DNA of 64,000 nt from Chlamydiota bacterium (GCA_022614855.1 JAKEHU010000006.1:20537-84536); one strand, 5' to 3'; shown: positions 47,083-59,083, numbered from the stretch's first letter. Numbers and translations: made by a program. Notes: a model not told the origin generated them from the sequence alone.

Positions 47083-47859
47083 ATGAGATATTATTTCCGC
47101 ATGGTAGCAAAAGAAATTAGCAGTTTACAACACCCAATCGTAAAACATCTCGTCAATTTGCGAACAAATCGAAAATATCGTGAGGAAAAAGAAGGTCTTT
47201 TACTTCTCGGAGATAAAATGATCCTCGAAGTAAAAAAACCAATTAAAACTCTTTTAATTACCATGGGAAGCCCCATCCCTAGTCATCTTAATTTTGAAAA
47301 AGCTTATCTCATTACAGAGGAAATGTTAAAAAAAATCAGTGGAATGCAATCTGTTGAAACCCTTGCTGCTGAGGTCTCTTTTCCTACCAAGGCAAATTTG
47401 AATCATAAAAAACTACTCCTTGGTCTTGATAACATTAGCGATCCAGGAAATATGGGAACCATGTTTAGATCTGCTTTAGCTTTGGGATGGGATGGAATTT
47501 TCCTTAGCGAAGATTCAGTAGATCCTTTCAACGACAAAGCTCTTCGCGCCGCCAAAGGAGCTTCTCTTATTCTTCCTTTTTCTAGAGGAAATGAATTGGA
47601 TTTTTACCAATTAGTCGAAAAAAATAATCTTCACGGTTACATTGCCGACTCCTCAGGCGACTTGATTGAAAATATCTCTTTTAAATTCCCTCTTATCTTG
47701 ATCTTAGGAAATGAAGCACGAGGAGTAACCCAATTTCATAAAAAAGAATTTCCAAAAATTGCAATTCCTATGCAAGGAAGGGCCGAATCTTTAAATGTAG
47801 CAACTGCAGCTGCAATTTTAATGCATTACATTAAATCGAGGATTCATGGCAAATCATGA
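47083..47859 (+). CDS. TrmH/SpoU-family RNA 2'-O-methyltransferase
   Basis: LDNISDPGNMGTMFRSA, LILGNEARGV and ESLNVATAAAI. The ATG at 47101 is an alternative start. Confidence 0.85.
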   Translation: MRYYFRMVAKEISSLQHPIVKHLVNLRTNRKYREEKEGLLLLGDKMILEVKKPIKTLLITMGSPIPSHLNFEKAYLITEEMLKKISGMQSVETLAAEVSFPTKANLNHKKLLLGLDNISDPGNMGTMFRSALALGWDGIFLSEDSVDPFNDKALRAAKGASLILPFSRGNELDFYQLVEKNNLHGYIADSSGDLIENISFKFPLILILGNEARGVTQFHKKEFPKIAIPMQGRAESLNVATAAAILMHYIKSRIHGKS

Positions 47860-48961
47860 TCAATTTGAGGAAGAATTTTTTTACCAAGATCGAAAAAGAT
47901 TTCGAAAAGAGAGAAAAATTCTCTCTAGAAAAGATCGGTCAAAATACAAAAAAACAGATCAAAACAAAGTAAAACCTCTAGCTTATAAAACAAGAGAACA
48001 ACACCTTGTAAAAGAAGGTCGTGTTCTTACCATGATTCCTGAAGCGATCTTGGTGGAATCTGAAGGGAAAGTCTTTAAATGCACCATAAAAGGTGGTTTA
48101 AAAAAGGAGGTAAAAAAAGTTAAAAGTCTCATTACGGTAAATGATTTTGTCGAATTCATTCCCAAAAATGGACAAGAAGGGGTAATTACTTTGATCAAGG
48201 AAAGAAAATCTATCTTATCTCGAGCTGACCATTTATTGCGAATGAAGCAGCAGTTGATTGCGGCAAATATTGATCAAGTTTTTATTACTGCATCCGTCGT
48301 TCTTCCTCCTCTCAAACCCCACCTAATTGACAGGTACATCATCGCTGCAAAAAAAGGGAAGATGAATCCCTTAATTGTGATCAATAAAACCGATCTTTTA
48401 AAAATCCCTCCTAAGGGAATGGAAAAAGAAAAAATCAACCAGGAGCAAATGCTCTTGCAGGAAGTTGTAAAAACCTATCAAAATCTGCACATCCCTCTTT
48501 TTTTAGTGAGCACAGAAACAAAAGAGGGTATCGATGAGCTTAAAGAAGCGATGAAAGGAAAAACTTCTGTATTCGCTGGTCAATCTGGAACAGGAAAATC
48601 TTCTTTGATCAATGCAACAACTCAGGCCAATTTACTGATTGGAAAAATTATTGAAAAAACAAGAAAAGGCACTCACACTACCTCTAATGCCCAATTATTG
48701 CCGGTAGAAGGGGGAGGCATGTGCATCGATACCCCTGGGATTCGCAGCTTTGGAATTTGGGATTTAAGCTTGAGTGAAATCCAAAGCTATTTTTCTGAAA
48801 TTGCAAATTTTGCAAAAAAATGCAAATTTCCCGATTGTAGTCATATGAAAGAGCCGGAATGTGCAGTGAAAAAAGCAGTAGAGAAAAACCTCATTTCTCT
48901 CTTGCGTTTTGATTCCTACTGCGCTTTAATGGCTGAGTTGATGGAAAAAGAAGCTTTTTAG
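47846..48961 (+). CDS. rsgA: Ribosome small-subunit-dependent GTPase A (YjeQ)
   Basis: It has an OB-fold N-terminus, circularly permuted GTPase motifs ([24 protein letters not shown]) and a C-terminal Zn knuckle ([14 protein letters not shown]). Confidence 0.88.
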   Translation: MANHDQFEEEFFYQDRKRFRKERKILSRKDRSKYKKTDQNKVKPLAYKTREQHLVKEGRVLTMIPEAILVESEGKVFKCTIKGGLKKEVKKVKSLITVNDFVEFIPKNGQEGVITLIKERKSILSRADHLLRMKQQLIAANIDQVFITASVVLPPLKPHLIDRYIIAAKKGKMNPLIVINKTDLLKIPPKGMEKEKINQEQMLLQEVVKTYQNLHIPLFLVSTETKEGIDELKEAMKGKTSVFAGQSGTGKSSLINATTQANLLIGKIIEKTRKGTHTTSNAQLLPVEGGGMCIDTPGIRSFGIWDLSLSEIQSYFSEIANFAKKCKFPDCSHMKEPECAVKKAVEKNLISLLRFDSYCALMAELMEKEAF

Positions 48962-48978
48962 CAAGAAAAGGGAGTTTT

Positions 48979-50268
48979 GTGTCTAATATCAAACACATAG
49001 ACGCATTGGAAATTTTAGATTCTAGAGGAAATCCGACTCTGCAAGTAACGGTCGTTACAGAATCAGGATCTAGAGGCACTGCTTCTGTACCATCTGGCGC
49101 TTCGACCGGAGATAATGAAGCAGTAGAACTTCGCGACAAAGACAAAAATCGATACTTCGGAAAAGGGGTGAAAAAGGCTGTTGCAAATGTGATGGGGCCT
49201 CTGAGCGCACTCCTAATTGGCAAAAATGTATTTAATCAAATCCTCATTGATCAAGCAATGATCGAAGCCGATGGAACAGCAAACAAATCTAAATTTGGAG
49301 CCAACTCCATTTTGGGAATCTCTCTTGCGGCAGCAAAAGCAGCAGCAAAAGAGGTGAATATGCCTCTTTTTCGCTACATTGGAGGGCTCCATGCCCACGT
49401 ACTCCCTTGCCCAATGATGAATATCATCAATGGAGGTGCCCATGCGGATAACTCACTCGATTTTCAAGAATTCATGATCCGTCCTGTTGGTGCACCCACC
49501 TTTAGCGAAGCAGTTCGTTGGGGTGCGGAAATTTTTCATACTTTAAAACTGCTTCTTCAGGAACAAGGATATGCGACATCTGTTGGAGATGAAGGAGGAT
49601 TTGCACCCAAATTATCTTCCAATGAAGCGGCTCTAGATTTTATTTTAAAAGCAGTCGAAAAATCCGGGTTTAAATTGAAAACCGGAGTGACAATTGCTTT
49701 GGATTGCGCCGCCTCAGAATTTTACGATAAATCCAGCAAAAAATATGTGGAAAAGAAGAAACAAAAAGCTGGCGAAAGCTTCATCTCCAGAACTTATGAG
49801 GAACAGATCAATTATTTATCTGCGCTATGTGACAATTATCCCATTGATTCGATTGAAGATGGATTGGATCAAAATGATTGGGATGGATGGAAACAGATGA
49901 CTACACAGTTAGGTGGTCACATCCAAATTGTAGGTGATGACATTTTTGTCACAAATACAAAGTTTCTCAAAAAAGGAATCGAACTCAAAATTGCTAACGC
50001 CATCTTAATCAAAGTAAATCAAATTGGCACTTTGACAGAAACCTTAGATGCCATTGAACTTGCCCAGCAAAATGGATATGCCACAATCATTTCCCATCGT
50101 TCCGGGGAGACAGAAGATGCAACCATCGCAGACATTGCCGTTGCTACCAATTCAAGACAAATCAAAACAGGTTCTCTCTCCCGTTCTGATCGCACTGCAA
50201 AATACAATCGATTGTTAGAAATCGAGGATATATTGAGGTCATCTGCGATCTACTACAAGCAAAAATAA
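48979..50268 (+). CDS. eno: Enolase
   Basis: [24 protein letters not shown] and [16 protein letters not shown]. The start is GTG. Confidence 0.95.
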   Translation: MSNIKHIDALEILDSRGNPTLQVTVVTESGSRGTASVPSGASTGDNEAVELRDKDKNRYFGKGVKKAVANVMGPLSALLIGKNVFNQILIDQAMIEADGTANKSKFGANSILGISLAAAKAAAKEVNMPLFRYIGGLHAHVLPCPMMNIINGGAHADNSLDFQEFMIRPVGAPTFSEAVRWGAEIFHTLKLLLQEQGYATSVGDEGGFAPKLSSNEAALDFILKAVEKSGFKLKTGVTIALDCAASEFYDKSSKKYVEKKKQKAGESFISRTYEEQINYLSALCDNYPIDSIEDGLDQNDWDGWKQMTTQLGGHIQIVGDDIFVTNTKFLKKGIELKIANAILIKVNQIGTLTETLDAIELAQQNGYATIISHRSGETEDATIADIAVATNSRQIKTGSLSRSDRTAKYNRLLEIEDILRSSAIYYKQK

Positions 50269-50287
50269 TTAGTGAAAAATATGATTC

Positions 50288-50470
50288 TTATTTTTGCCGC
50301 TCTCTAGATAGATTTTCTTCCTTCACATCTACCAACATGAGCTTATATCTTGGTTGAAAGGAGATGAGTGCTGTATGGGCTTCAATAACACCTAGGGTTC
50401 GATCTAGGCGCATTTCCCAGGCTTTTCCAAATAAGGACCCAATTTTAGATACAAGATCCCCTTGCGTCAC
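50288..50470 (-). CDS. Small hypothetical protein (60 aa), possibly translationally coupled
   Basis: Its ATG overlaps the upstream stop as ATGA. No motif is recognised. Confidence 0.25.
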   Translation of the reverse strand: MTQGDLVSKIGSLFGKAWEMRLDRTLGVIEAHTALISFQPRYKLMLVDVKEENLSRERQK

Positions 50471-51405
50471 GAAAAAGATAAATAAAGGCTTTTTTTTTTC
50501 GAAGGCTGCTCTTCTAAAAGATGTTTGGATATTCCAGGGGCATTAAACCCAATGGAGGGGAATCGATGATCATGAATGAGTAAATCGGGAAAAAAAAGAG
50601 TGGTATAAGCTGCAAAAACTCCTCCTAAACTCATGCCAAGTGCTCTGGCAGGAGTACCGGAATCTTTCATTTTTTTCAGCCAACTTTCTATTTTAGGTGC
50701 TGCCTTTTTGAATGTGGAAAACCCTGGCCCTGAAAGATCTAAATCGCTTAAAATCGATGCCCAACCCTTTTCTGTGGTCAATGAAAGATCTGTTCCTCTA
50801 AAAAGCAGAACGGAATGGTTGATTCCCTGATCTTTCGCAACCAGTCCGAAAGCCGGCATTCCACGCCATAGATCGATGATCTCATCGACTAGATAAGTCA
50901 CATATCGATTTTTTCCCTCTGGATCCAACGTAGAAAATGCAACTTCATCTCCCTTTTTAAGAGCGCGGTAAGCAAGAACTTTGGCAAGAATTTCTTCAGT
51001 GGTTAAAATTTTTTGCGGCACATGGCTGACCTCATCGTGAATGAGCCTCAAAATACAATTTGTGATAAATATATCCTCCTCATCTTTTGTTACGCTGCCA
51101 ACTAAGGGCTTGATTTGGGAAAAATAACCAAAGTATTCCGAAAACTCAGAAAATTTCTTCTCACCCGTTTCAAACTCCTCCATTTGAGTGGGATAAAATA
51201 AAGTGTACTCCCTATTTTTCATGGAAAAAGTCCAGGAGAGGAATTTGTCCCATGCTTTTAGTGTCTTTGCTCTCACTTCTGAAATAGCAGAAGACTTTGG
51301 TGCAATCTCTGAAAACTCTGGACAGACGATTTGTTCAGTTTGATTCATAAAACCCAAGGGCATAAGACTCAAAATGCTAAGGAGAAAAAATCTTGTCCAA
51401 AGCAT
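50467..51405 (-). CDS. Secreted alpha/beta-hydrolase (lipase/esterase-like)
   Basis: It has a signal peptide and a nucleophile elbow GMSLGG. An A10 tract lies near the 3' end. Confidence 0.5.
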   Translation of the reverse strand: MLWTRFFLLSILSLMPLGFMNQTEQIVCPEFSEIAPKSSAISEVRAKTLKAWDKFLSWTFSMKNREYTLFYPTQMEEFETGEKKFSEFSEYFGYFSQIKPLVGSVTKDEEDIFITNCILRLIHDEVSHVPQKILTTEEILAKVLAYRALKKGDEVAFSTLDPEGKNRYVTYLVDEIIDLWRGMPAFGLVAKDQGINHSVLLFRGTDLSLTTEKGWASILSDLDLSGPGFSTFKKAAPKIESWLKKMKDSGTPARALGMSLGGVFAAYTTLFFPDLLIHDHRFPSIGFNAPGISKHLLEEQPSKKKSLYLSFS

Positions 51406-53281
51406 AATTAAAATCCTTATAAACCGATTCTAGCGTATAAGGGATATTTTCATCATTTATTCCCTTCAACCCAACTATTTTTAATTCTTTTGAATTAAAT
51501 ATATCTCCCTTGTTTTTAAAAGAAAGAATCAGCTTTTCCTTTCCATTATGAATAAAAAATTCATAAGGACTTCTACTTGCATTATATCTTCCTGAAATGA
51601 CGAAAGAGGTGGGTGTTTCGCTAAAAATAGACTTTCCAATAAATAACCCTGCCGCTAAATCTTCACTTTTTAATAAGTAATGAAAGATCGTGGGGAAAAT
51701 ATCTATGTGTGAACAAACCCCACTTTTTTTATCTAAAGCAATCTTTGTGTTATTCCCCAATTTAAAATAAATGGGAACGTGCGTTTGAGGTCTACTCAAA
51801 TTGGAAGCATGAAAAAGATGCCCTTGCTCATAAAACTCCTCACCATGATCTGACGTAAATATTACAATGGATTCTTTCCAATTAGGAGCCTGCTGCAACG
51901 TTTGAAGAAAATTGCCAAATAAATAGTCGATATAATGAATGGCGTTGCGATATCGATTCTGAATCTTTTTTAAATGGGTTGTTGAGAAAGTTGCTTTTAA
52001 GTAATTAATTTTATTTGTGATAGGATTAAATTGGGTAAATGTTTTCAAAGGCCAGCTATAGTCAAAATGAGTAGATTCTAAAAATACAATAAAACATTTC
52101 CCCTTTCGATTTTTCTCTTTTTGCACTTCTTTAACCAATTTTGATATCGTTTTTTGGTCGCTTTCAAAAGCTGGAATATGATCATTATGAGGAAAAAAAT
52201 GAGACTTTCTAACTAAGTGTTCCTTTTCTCCAAATATCAGTTCATCCATCTTATAATATGCGAGCCTTGCTGAAGAAATGAGTTCGATCTCATAACCCAT
52301 TTTCTTCAAGATTTGCAGAGGTGGACTACCAGATTTCCAATTTGCGCGATGAATTTGTTCAAAATGAAGAGGCCATTGTGAGTAAAAAAGAGAAAACCAA
52401 GAATCTTGCGTGCCATTAGCATTTGATAAGGATAGATCAACAGAAATATTTTCCTTCTTAAATTTCACGAGATTCGGTGCAATTTCTTCAGTGAGAAAAT
52501 CCTCTCTTAGGCTTTCAACAACAAAGAGATAAATATTTGGAAGGTCTTTTATTTGAGAGGAAAAAGCAGCAAGCTTTTCCTCGACAACCGTTTCTTTTAT
52601 GGATGGCTTTAATTTATGTGGAAGGACGATAAGTTCCTGTTTTAATGGGATAAAACTATTTTTCCAAGGAAGAGCCTGGGAAAAGATGTTGTTTAAATCT
52701 CGCTTAGAAAAAACCTGTCCATTTAGGAAAAAAAATAAAGAGATTAGTCCCAATAACAAAAATATATTTGTTTGGGAGAGATAAAGGGGATATTTCTTTC
52801 CCACTTTTTCCGTAAAAAAATAAAAGATAAAGCCTAAAGCAATTACGATTAGAGAACAAATTCCACCTATTATCCATGAAACTAAAGAAATGTGTGTCGC
52901 ATAGAGCATTTCAATAAAGTTTTCCCAAGTTTCTTGGACAACAAATTCGATTGCACTCCAAATGGAAATATCCATGAGCCGCGTCAAAGGGAAATCAACG
53001 AGATGGGCCAAAAAAAGAAGAAAAGTAATCGAGGCAAATGCTATGGAAAATCCTTTTCCAAGATGTTTATAAATTAGTCCTCCTAGAAAGGTTAAAATTC
53101 CTATTTCAACTATGCTTTCCAAAAGAGCATAAAAAATAAAAATTCCTTTGTCAGTCGAAGGTCCTTCTATGAGAAAAACATGATAAATATGGATGAAAGT
53201 AATAATGAGAAGAAAAAACCCATAATAAAGATAATTAATGGGAAATGATGGTGAAGAATGGTTACGTTTGTTTTTTCTCAC
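51377..53281 (-). CDS. Membrane-anchored sulfatase-family transferase (LtaS/EptA/OpgB superfamily)
   Basis: About five N-terminal TM helices precede FVVESLREDF and FTSDHGEEFYEQGH, the sulfatase metal and nucleophile region. Confidence 0.7.
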   Translation of the reverse strand: MRKNKRNHSSPSFPINYLYYGFFLLIITFIHIYHVFLIEGPSTDKGIFIFYALLESIVEIGILTFLGGLIYKHLGKGFSIAFASITFLLFLAHLVDFPLTRLMDISIWSAIEFVVQETWENFIEMLYATHISLVSWIIGGICSLIVIALGFIFYFFTEKVGKKYPLYLSQTNIFLLLGLISLFFFLNGQVFSKRDLNNIFSQALPWKNSFIPLKQELIVLPHKLKPSIKETVVEEKLAAFSSQIKDLPNIYLFVVESLREDFLTEEIAPNLVKFKKENISVDLSLSNANGTQDSWFSLFYSQWPLHFEQIHRANWKSGSPPLQILKKMGYEIELISSARLAYYKMDELIFGEKEHLVRKSHFFPHNDHIPAFESDQKTISKLVKEVQKEKNRKGKCFIVFLESTHFDYSWPLKTFTQFNPITNKINYLKATFSTTHLKKIQNRYRNAIHYIDYLFGNFLQTLQQAPNWKESIVIFTSDHGEEFYEQGHLFHASNLSRPQTHVPIYFKLGNNTKIALDKKSGVCSHIDIFPTIFHYLLKSEDLAAGLFIGKSIFSETPTSFVISGRYNASRSPYEFFIHNGKEKLILSFKNKGDIFNSKELKIVGLKGINDENIPYTLESVYKDFNYALDKIFSP

Positions 53282-53413
53282 AGGTATTAAAAAAGAATTT
53301 TATATTTCTATTCTTCTATTAGTTGGGGAAACATTATTGAGTCAACAGACTTCTTCTGAAAATCGCTTTTGTCGAAACAAATTTCCTTTTTAGCGAGAAA
53401 ATGGATTTAGAGA

Positions 53414-54394
53414 TTATCTTTTTTGCTCTAAAAGATATTTTATTAATCCTTCAAACTTACGATTTTGTATGTAGGATATGATCTTTTGGTTATCTACTTG
53501 CACCTCTTCAGAAAATCCCGGAATATAGCGCGTGAGATTATCCCGATCTGCTTCTCGCTCCATCCGAATAAATAATCCAGGAATATCCTTATCTCCTTTA
53601 GTGAATCCTTCCCACTTAAAAGAATTTTCTCGAATCTTAACCAGACACTCAATTAGTCGATTATCTGTAAAAATGATACTCAAAAATCGAACTGGATGAA
53701 CATCGAGAATTTTTTTTCCAATCTCTTTAAGCCTCTTCTTTTCGAATAAAAGCTTAAATACATTATTCTTAGCCATCGTATTGAGCAGCTGGTTGATTAA
53801 TTTTTTCTTCTCTTGAGAAACTTCCAATTCATAATAAAGCGCCAGCTCTGGGCTCAAAGATTTCTTATCCGGAGCAGGTTGGCTTACATTTTCATCGACA
53901 GATTCATTTGGTATGGCAAAAGTCGCATTATTGGAATCTATTTCACGACAAGGAAAAATCGTATCTTCATCATTTACTTCTTCATCTTTGACCATCTGAC
54001 TAAAGCAATTCCAATTGTCTGAGCGAGAAAAATCATAAGAAAGAGTTTGATCCTCAGAATTTTTTTCCACTTCATGATCCACCCATTCCATTTCAACGGA
54101 TGAAACATCCATATATTCTAAAGGTGCTGAATCAGAATGATCTGTAGTTATTTTGCTCTCTGTTCTATTTTTTTCACCCTCCTCCAGTTGATCTATTTTT
54201 TCCAAAGATTGTTGCGATAAAAATTCTTCTAATCCACTTTCTTTTTCCTGGGAAAGCTGCCGTTGACTAACTGCAGGTTCTGCAAACAAATTGCAGTAGG
54301 GATTAGTATAAAGCTGGAGAAATTGCCACAAAATTACAAAAAGAAATAGCATGTGCGACTCCAAAATTATTCTGGATAGTATACCGATTTTCAA
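53414..54394 (-). CDS. Hypothetical secreted protein with an acidic central region
   Basis: It has a hydrophobic N-terminus and an E/D/S-rich low-complexity middle. The C-terminal ~130 aa look globular and are unrecognised. Confidence 0.4.
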   Translation of the reverse strand: MKIGILSRIILESHMLFLFVILWQFLQLYTNPYCNLFAEPAVSQRQLSQEKESGLEEFLSQQSLEKIDQLEEGEKNRTESKITTDHSDSAPLEYMDVSSVEMEWVDHEVEKNSEDQTLSYDFSRSDNWNCFSQMVKDEEVNDEDTIFPCREIDSNNATFAIPNESVDENVSQPAPDKKSLSPELALYYELEVSQEKKKLINQLLNTMAKNNVFKLLFEKKRLKEIGKKILDVHPVRFLSIIFTDNRLIECLVKIRENSFKWEGFTKGDKDIPGLFIRMEREADRDNLTRYIPGFSEEVQVDNQKIISYIQNRKFEGLIKYLLEQKR

Positions 54395-54522
54395 GTTCGG
54401 TATAGATATAAATTAATGAAACATATTCATCAATTTTTTTCATTAGACTTGTTTCAAAACCCGCTTTACTTGGGAAAATGCGGCTTGATAAAAATTTCCT
54501 AAATTTCTATTTGATGAAATAT

Positions 54523-54683
54523 GGTAGTCCGCAACATGTAAGGCTAATAAATTGCGAAGTGGAGCGGTTCAAAGGCAAGTCAAATGACGAGTTCATAGCG
54601 AAAAAAGCTATGGACGAGGAATTTGACGAAGCATATGAATCGCTTACACGAGCAGGAATTAGCCTTACATGTTAAGGACTACC
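54523..54683. mobile_element. MITE-like element, family GGTAGTCC (161 bp) with a 7-bp target-site duplication
   Basis: The 26-nt terminal inverted repeats are GGTAGTCCgcAACATGTAAGGCTAAT and ATTAGCCTTACATGTTaaGGACTACC, sharing 24 of 26 positions. It is flanked by the direct repeat GAAATAT at 54516-54522 and 54684-54690. An internal hairpin pairs GTCAAAT..CATAGC with GCTATG..ATTTGAC. Confidence 0.8.
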
Positions 54684-54688
54684 GAAAT

Positions 54689-54982
54689 ATGAATCTATCC
54701 ATTTTCTTTATTCTCTTCGTGATTTTGTCCACCACGTTGTTTGGAGGAAAAAAGATATCCTCTTGTAAACCTCCCACTTCTAAGCAAGAAAAATGGCTCT
54801 TTTCCCAAATTGATTCTGAAAGCCAAAAGCTTTACCTCTCTCTACCTTGTGAAGGAAAAAAGCTAGTTATGAGACTTGCAAAAGAAAGTTGCATAGAAGA
54901 CAAGAATATCGCTGTTCATTTAGTAGTAAAGCGAATTGCGCAAAAAAAAGCAGAAAATCGCAATTACGTAACATCTCAATAA
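54689..54982 (+). CDS. Small secreted hypothetical protein (97 aa)
   Basis: It has a signal peptide (MNLSIFFILFVILSTTLFG). The start is chosen at the ATG at 54689, whose first two bases lie in the MITE target duplication. Confidence 0.45.
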   Translation: MNLSIFFILFVILSTTLFGGKKISSCKPPTSKQEKWLFSQIDSESQKLYLSLPCEGKKLVMRLAKESCIEDKNIAVHLVVKRIAQKKAENRNYVTSQ

Positions 54983-54984
54983 AG

Positions 54985-55020
54985 AACCACAGAGATCACA
55001 GAGTACACAGAGACGAAGAA
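54985..55020. repeat. Solo CACAGAG 9-mer array
   Basis: AACCACAGAGAT-CACAGAGTA-CACAGAGAC-GAAGAA matches both arms of 44985-45081. Confidence 0.7.
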
Positions 55021-55124
55021 TAATTTTTTTCAATGATTTTAATTCAAATAAATTAGATGAAAAAAACAAAAATAAAATCATAATTAATTTGACATCTTTA
55101 AATAATTTTCCTAATTAAAAGCTA

Positions 55125-55514
55125 ATGATGCGACATAGAATGTTTTTATTTGGAGAAGCGGAAAAAGGTGAACTCTGCACTCCCATTTTTTGCCAAAATC
55201 TCTTAGAACTTTCAGAGACAGTGGGTAACCCTACCAAGACTAGTATGGGAGTTTTCTTTGCTATCCAAACACTTCTATTTGAAAGAGATCTATTCTTTTT
55301 TCGCGTAAAAGAAGAGGGATTTAGTGTAGAAGATTACTTGCAGGGAATAAAAATATTGAGAAATAAAAAGAATTTCAAACCCCTATCTGCCATTTGCATA
55401 CCAGGTGTGGGAAATGCCGATTTGATCCATCAGATTACTCAAATATGCAATCTCTACCAAAGCTGTCTTATCCTCTCAGAAAAAGACTTTTACGATTATC
55501 TTACAACACGTTAA
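55125..55514 (+). CDS. Hypothetical protein (129 aa)
   Basis: The ORF has a plausible composition but no recognisable motif. Confidence 0.35.
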   Translation: MMRHRMFLFGEAEKGELCTPIFCQNLLELSETVGNPTKTSMGVFFAIQTLLFERDLFFFRVKEEGFSVEDYLQGIKILRNKKNFKPLSAICIPGVGNADLIHQITQICNLYQSCLILSEKDFYDYLTTR

Positions 55515-55527
55515 CAGTCTCTAAGTG

Positions 55528-56124
55528 CTATTTAAAATATCTAAGAAGTCCTTCCGGAGTTGGTTGCATCGATTTTGCACCTACCGTCCAATTTGCAGGA
55601 CAAACTTCTCCATTTTTCTCATGAAAAATGAGCGCATCAACCAGCCTCAATACTTCATCAACTGAACGGCCAATCGGTAAATCATTGACAAGTTGATGGC
55701 GAATCACTCCTTCTTTATCAATGAGAAACTGTCCTCTGAAAGCAATTCCATCATCTTCTTTGAGAACATGGAAATTGCGAGAAATCGATTTATTGAGATC
55801 TGAAACAAGCGGGTATTCAACCCCCTGAATGCCTCCCTTACCTTTTGGACAATTTATCCAAGCAAGATGTGTATACCAGCTATCGACAGAACAACCAACC
55901 ACTTGGGTATTTCTCTTTTCAAATTCACAAATTTTTTCCTGAAACGCATGAAGCTCAGTTGGACAAACAAAGGTAAAATCTAAGGGATAAAAAAAGAAAA
56001 AAACATATTTCCCCAAAAAATCCTGCAGAGAAAATTCCTCAATAATTTTTCCTTTAACTACGGCTTTAGCTTTAAAAAATGGGGCCTTCTTTCCTACGAG
56101 CAAGCTAGTCATACTTTCCTCCAA
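55528..56124 (-). CDS. ahpC: 2-Cys peroxiredoxin (AhpC/Tsa family)
   Basis: FFFYPLDFTFVCPTE carries the peroxidatic Cys and EVCPANW the resolving Cys. Confidence 0.9.
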   Translation of the reverse strand: MEESMTSLLVGKKAPFFKAKAVVKGKIIEEFSLQDFLGKYVFFFFYPLDFTFVCPTELHAFQEKICEFEKRNTQVVGCSVDSWYTHLAWINCPKGKGGIQGVEYPLVSDLNKSISRNFHVLKEDDGIAFRGQFLIDKEGVIRHQLVNDLPIGRSVDEVLRLVDALIFHEKNGEVCPANWTVGAKSMQPTPEGLLRYFK

Positions 56125-56755
56125 CCAATTGTTTGATATGTTTCTCCATCATGTTAATCTCTTCGCCAATCGTGGTTTCTTCCCCATGCCCTGGAATGAC
56201 ACGAGTATCGTGGGGTAGTGTCATTAATCTTTGCAATGTTTGAACCATTTTAGCAGGATTCGACGTGGGAAAACTGATGTTTCCAATCGCTCCGCGAAAA
56301 AGAACATCTCCTGAGATGAGAATTTTTTCTTTTGGAAGAAAAAAACAGATACTGCCAGGACTATGTCCGGGTGTGTAAACCACTTCAAAGAGAAGTTTCC
56401 CAAGATAAAACCTTTCTCCATCTTGCAAAAAATGGTCGGGCTGTGCCGGTTCAACATGGCAAAATATGGGCAATCCATCTGCTCCTGGTTCCTGTAAATT
56501 TTTTGCATCCTCTTGATGAACCCAGATAGGAATGGAAAGATCTCTTTTCAACGACGCAGCCTCTGCAATGTGGTCCCAATGAGTATGTGTTAAAAGAAGT
56601 TTTTCAATCGAAAGAGAGAGTTCTTGAGCTCTTAAAACTCTAAAACTTTCTCCTCCTAAAGGAGCATCAATCAAAGCAGCTTTTCGTGTCTGAGAACAGC
56701 CAATCAAAATTCCATTTGTATTAGCAGGTCCTGAAGCTAACATTTCTAATATCAT
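56105..56755 (-). CDS. MBL-fold hydrolase (glyoxalase II-like)
   Basis: THTHWDHI (HxHxDH), TPGHSPGS and PGHG. The start is moved to the ATG at 56755 because the longer ORF runs into the tRNA gene. Confidence 0.8.
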   Translation of the reverse strand: MILEMLASGPANTNGILIGCSQTRKAALIDAPLGGESFRVLRAQELSLSIEKLLLTHTHWDHIAEAASLKRDLSIPIWVHQEDAKNLQEPGADGLPIFCHVEPAQPDHFLQDGERFYLGKLLFEVVYTPGHSPGSICFFLPKEKILISGDVLFRGAIGNISFPTSNPAKMVQTLQRLMTLPHDTRVIPGHGEETTIGEEINMMEKHIKQLVGGKYD

Positions 56756-56767
56756 ATTTTTCTCAAT

Positions 56768-56841
56768 TGCACCGGAGAGGATTCGAACCTCTGACCTCAC
56801 GGTTCGTAGCCGTGTACTCTATCCAGCTGAGCTACCGGTGC
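56768..56841 (-). tRNA. tRNA-Arg (anticodon ACG)
   Basis: The reverse complement, GCACCGGTAGCTCAGCTGGATAGAGTACACGGCTACGAACCGTGAGGTCAGAGGTTCGAATCCTCTCCGGTGCA, folds as a canonical cloverleaf. The anticodon loop is CTACGAA and the T-loop TTCGAAT. CCA is not encoded. Confidence 0.95.
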
Positions 56842-56878
56842 GTAAATCTTGGAACATCATTGAGTATATTTTTTCTAA

Positions 56879-56924
56879 ATAAAAAAAATCCAAGAAATCA
56901 CTTAATGTAAGCGAATTTCTTGGA
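56879..56924 (-). terminator. Rho-independent terminator after groEL
   Basis: On the minus strand, a 10-bp stem (TCCAAGAAAT / ATTTCTTGGA) with a 16-nt loop is followed by T8. Confidence 0.7.
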
Positions 56925-56965
56925 AAATATCCAAAAGAGAATATAAAAAATTCCTTATCCCGAAA

Positions 56966-58681
<1,716 letters not shown>

Positions 58682-58990
58682 TTATGATTTACTAACAAAA
58701 ATTCCCAAAATTTCATCTTCACTCATAATTAAATACTCAGCTTCCTCGTCATCAGTTTTCACCTCAGTCCCAGCATAAGAATTGAATAGAACTGTATCTC
58801 CAGCCCGTACATGCATGTGTTGAACAACTCCCTTTTCATCCACTTTTCCAGGCCCTACCATGAGAACCTTTCCTTGCTTTGGCTTTTCTTGTGCACTTTC
58901 TGGAAGAAAAATTCCTCCTTTTGTCGTTTTTGCTTCTAACCGTTTAACAAGAACTCGATTTCCTAAGGGTTTAATATGTTTGAATGACAT
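58682..58990 (-). CDS. groS: Co-chaperonin GroES (Hsp10)
   Basis: MSFKHIKPLGNRVLVKR...GGIFLPESAQEKP. AGGAG lies 7 nt upstream of the ATG at 58990. Confidence 0.93.
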   Translation of the reverse strand: MSFKHIKPLGNRVLVKRLEAKTTKGGIFLPESAQEKPKQGKVLMVGPGKVDEKGVVQHMHVRAGDTVLFNSYAGTEVKTDDEEAEYLIMSEDEILGIFVSKS

Positions 58991-59036
58991 ATGAATGCTC
59001 CTACTCATTGAATGCTGTTTATTTTTGGAAATCAAA

Positions 59037-59065
59037 ATTATCTGTCGCAGAGTTTATTTTGTCAA
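59037..59065 (-). promoter_or_regulatory. Sigma-70/66-like promoter candidate for groES-groEL (TTGACA-17-GATAAT)
   Basis: On the minus strand the -35 TTGACA is at 59065-59060, a 17-nt spacer follows, and the -10 GATAAT is at 59042-59037. Confidence 0.5.
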
Positions 59066-59083
59066 TAACAGTAAATAGGCTTT

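Noticed and set aside
54478-54675. A 65-aa ORF lies at this position, and I also considered a 6S-like RNA interpretation of the 161-nt stem-bubble-stem structure.
   Set aside because: The ORF runs from one terminal inverted repeat to the other of an element flanked by a 7-bp direct duplication. That is the signature of a MITE insertion, not of a gene. The 6S-like fold cannot be excluded but is the less parsimonious explanation.
56756-56800. The MBL-fold hydrolase ORF has an N-terminal extension (MRSEVRILSGAIEKN).
   Set aside because: The extension is the reverse-strand reading of the tRNA-Arg T-arm and acceptor (56768-56841). The ATG at 56755 gives a normal N-terminus.
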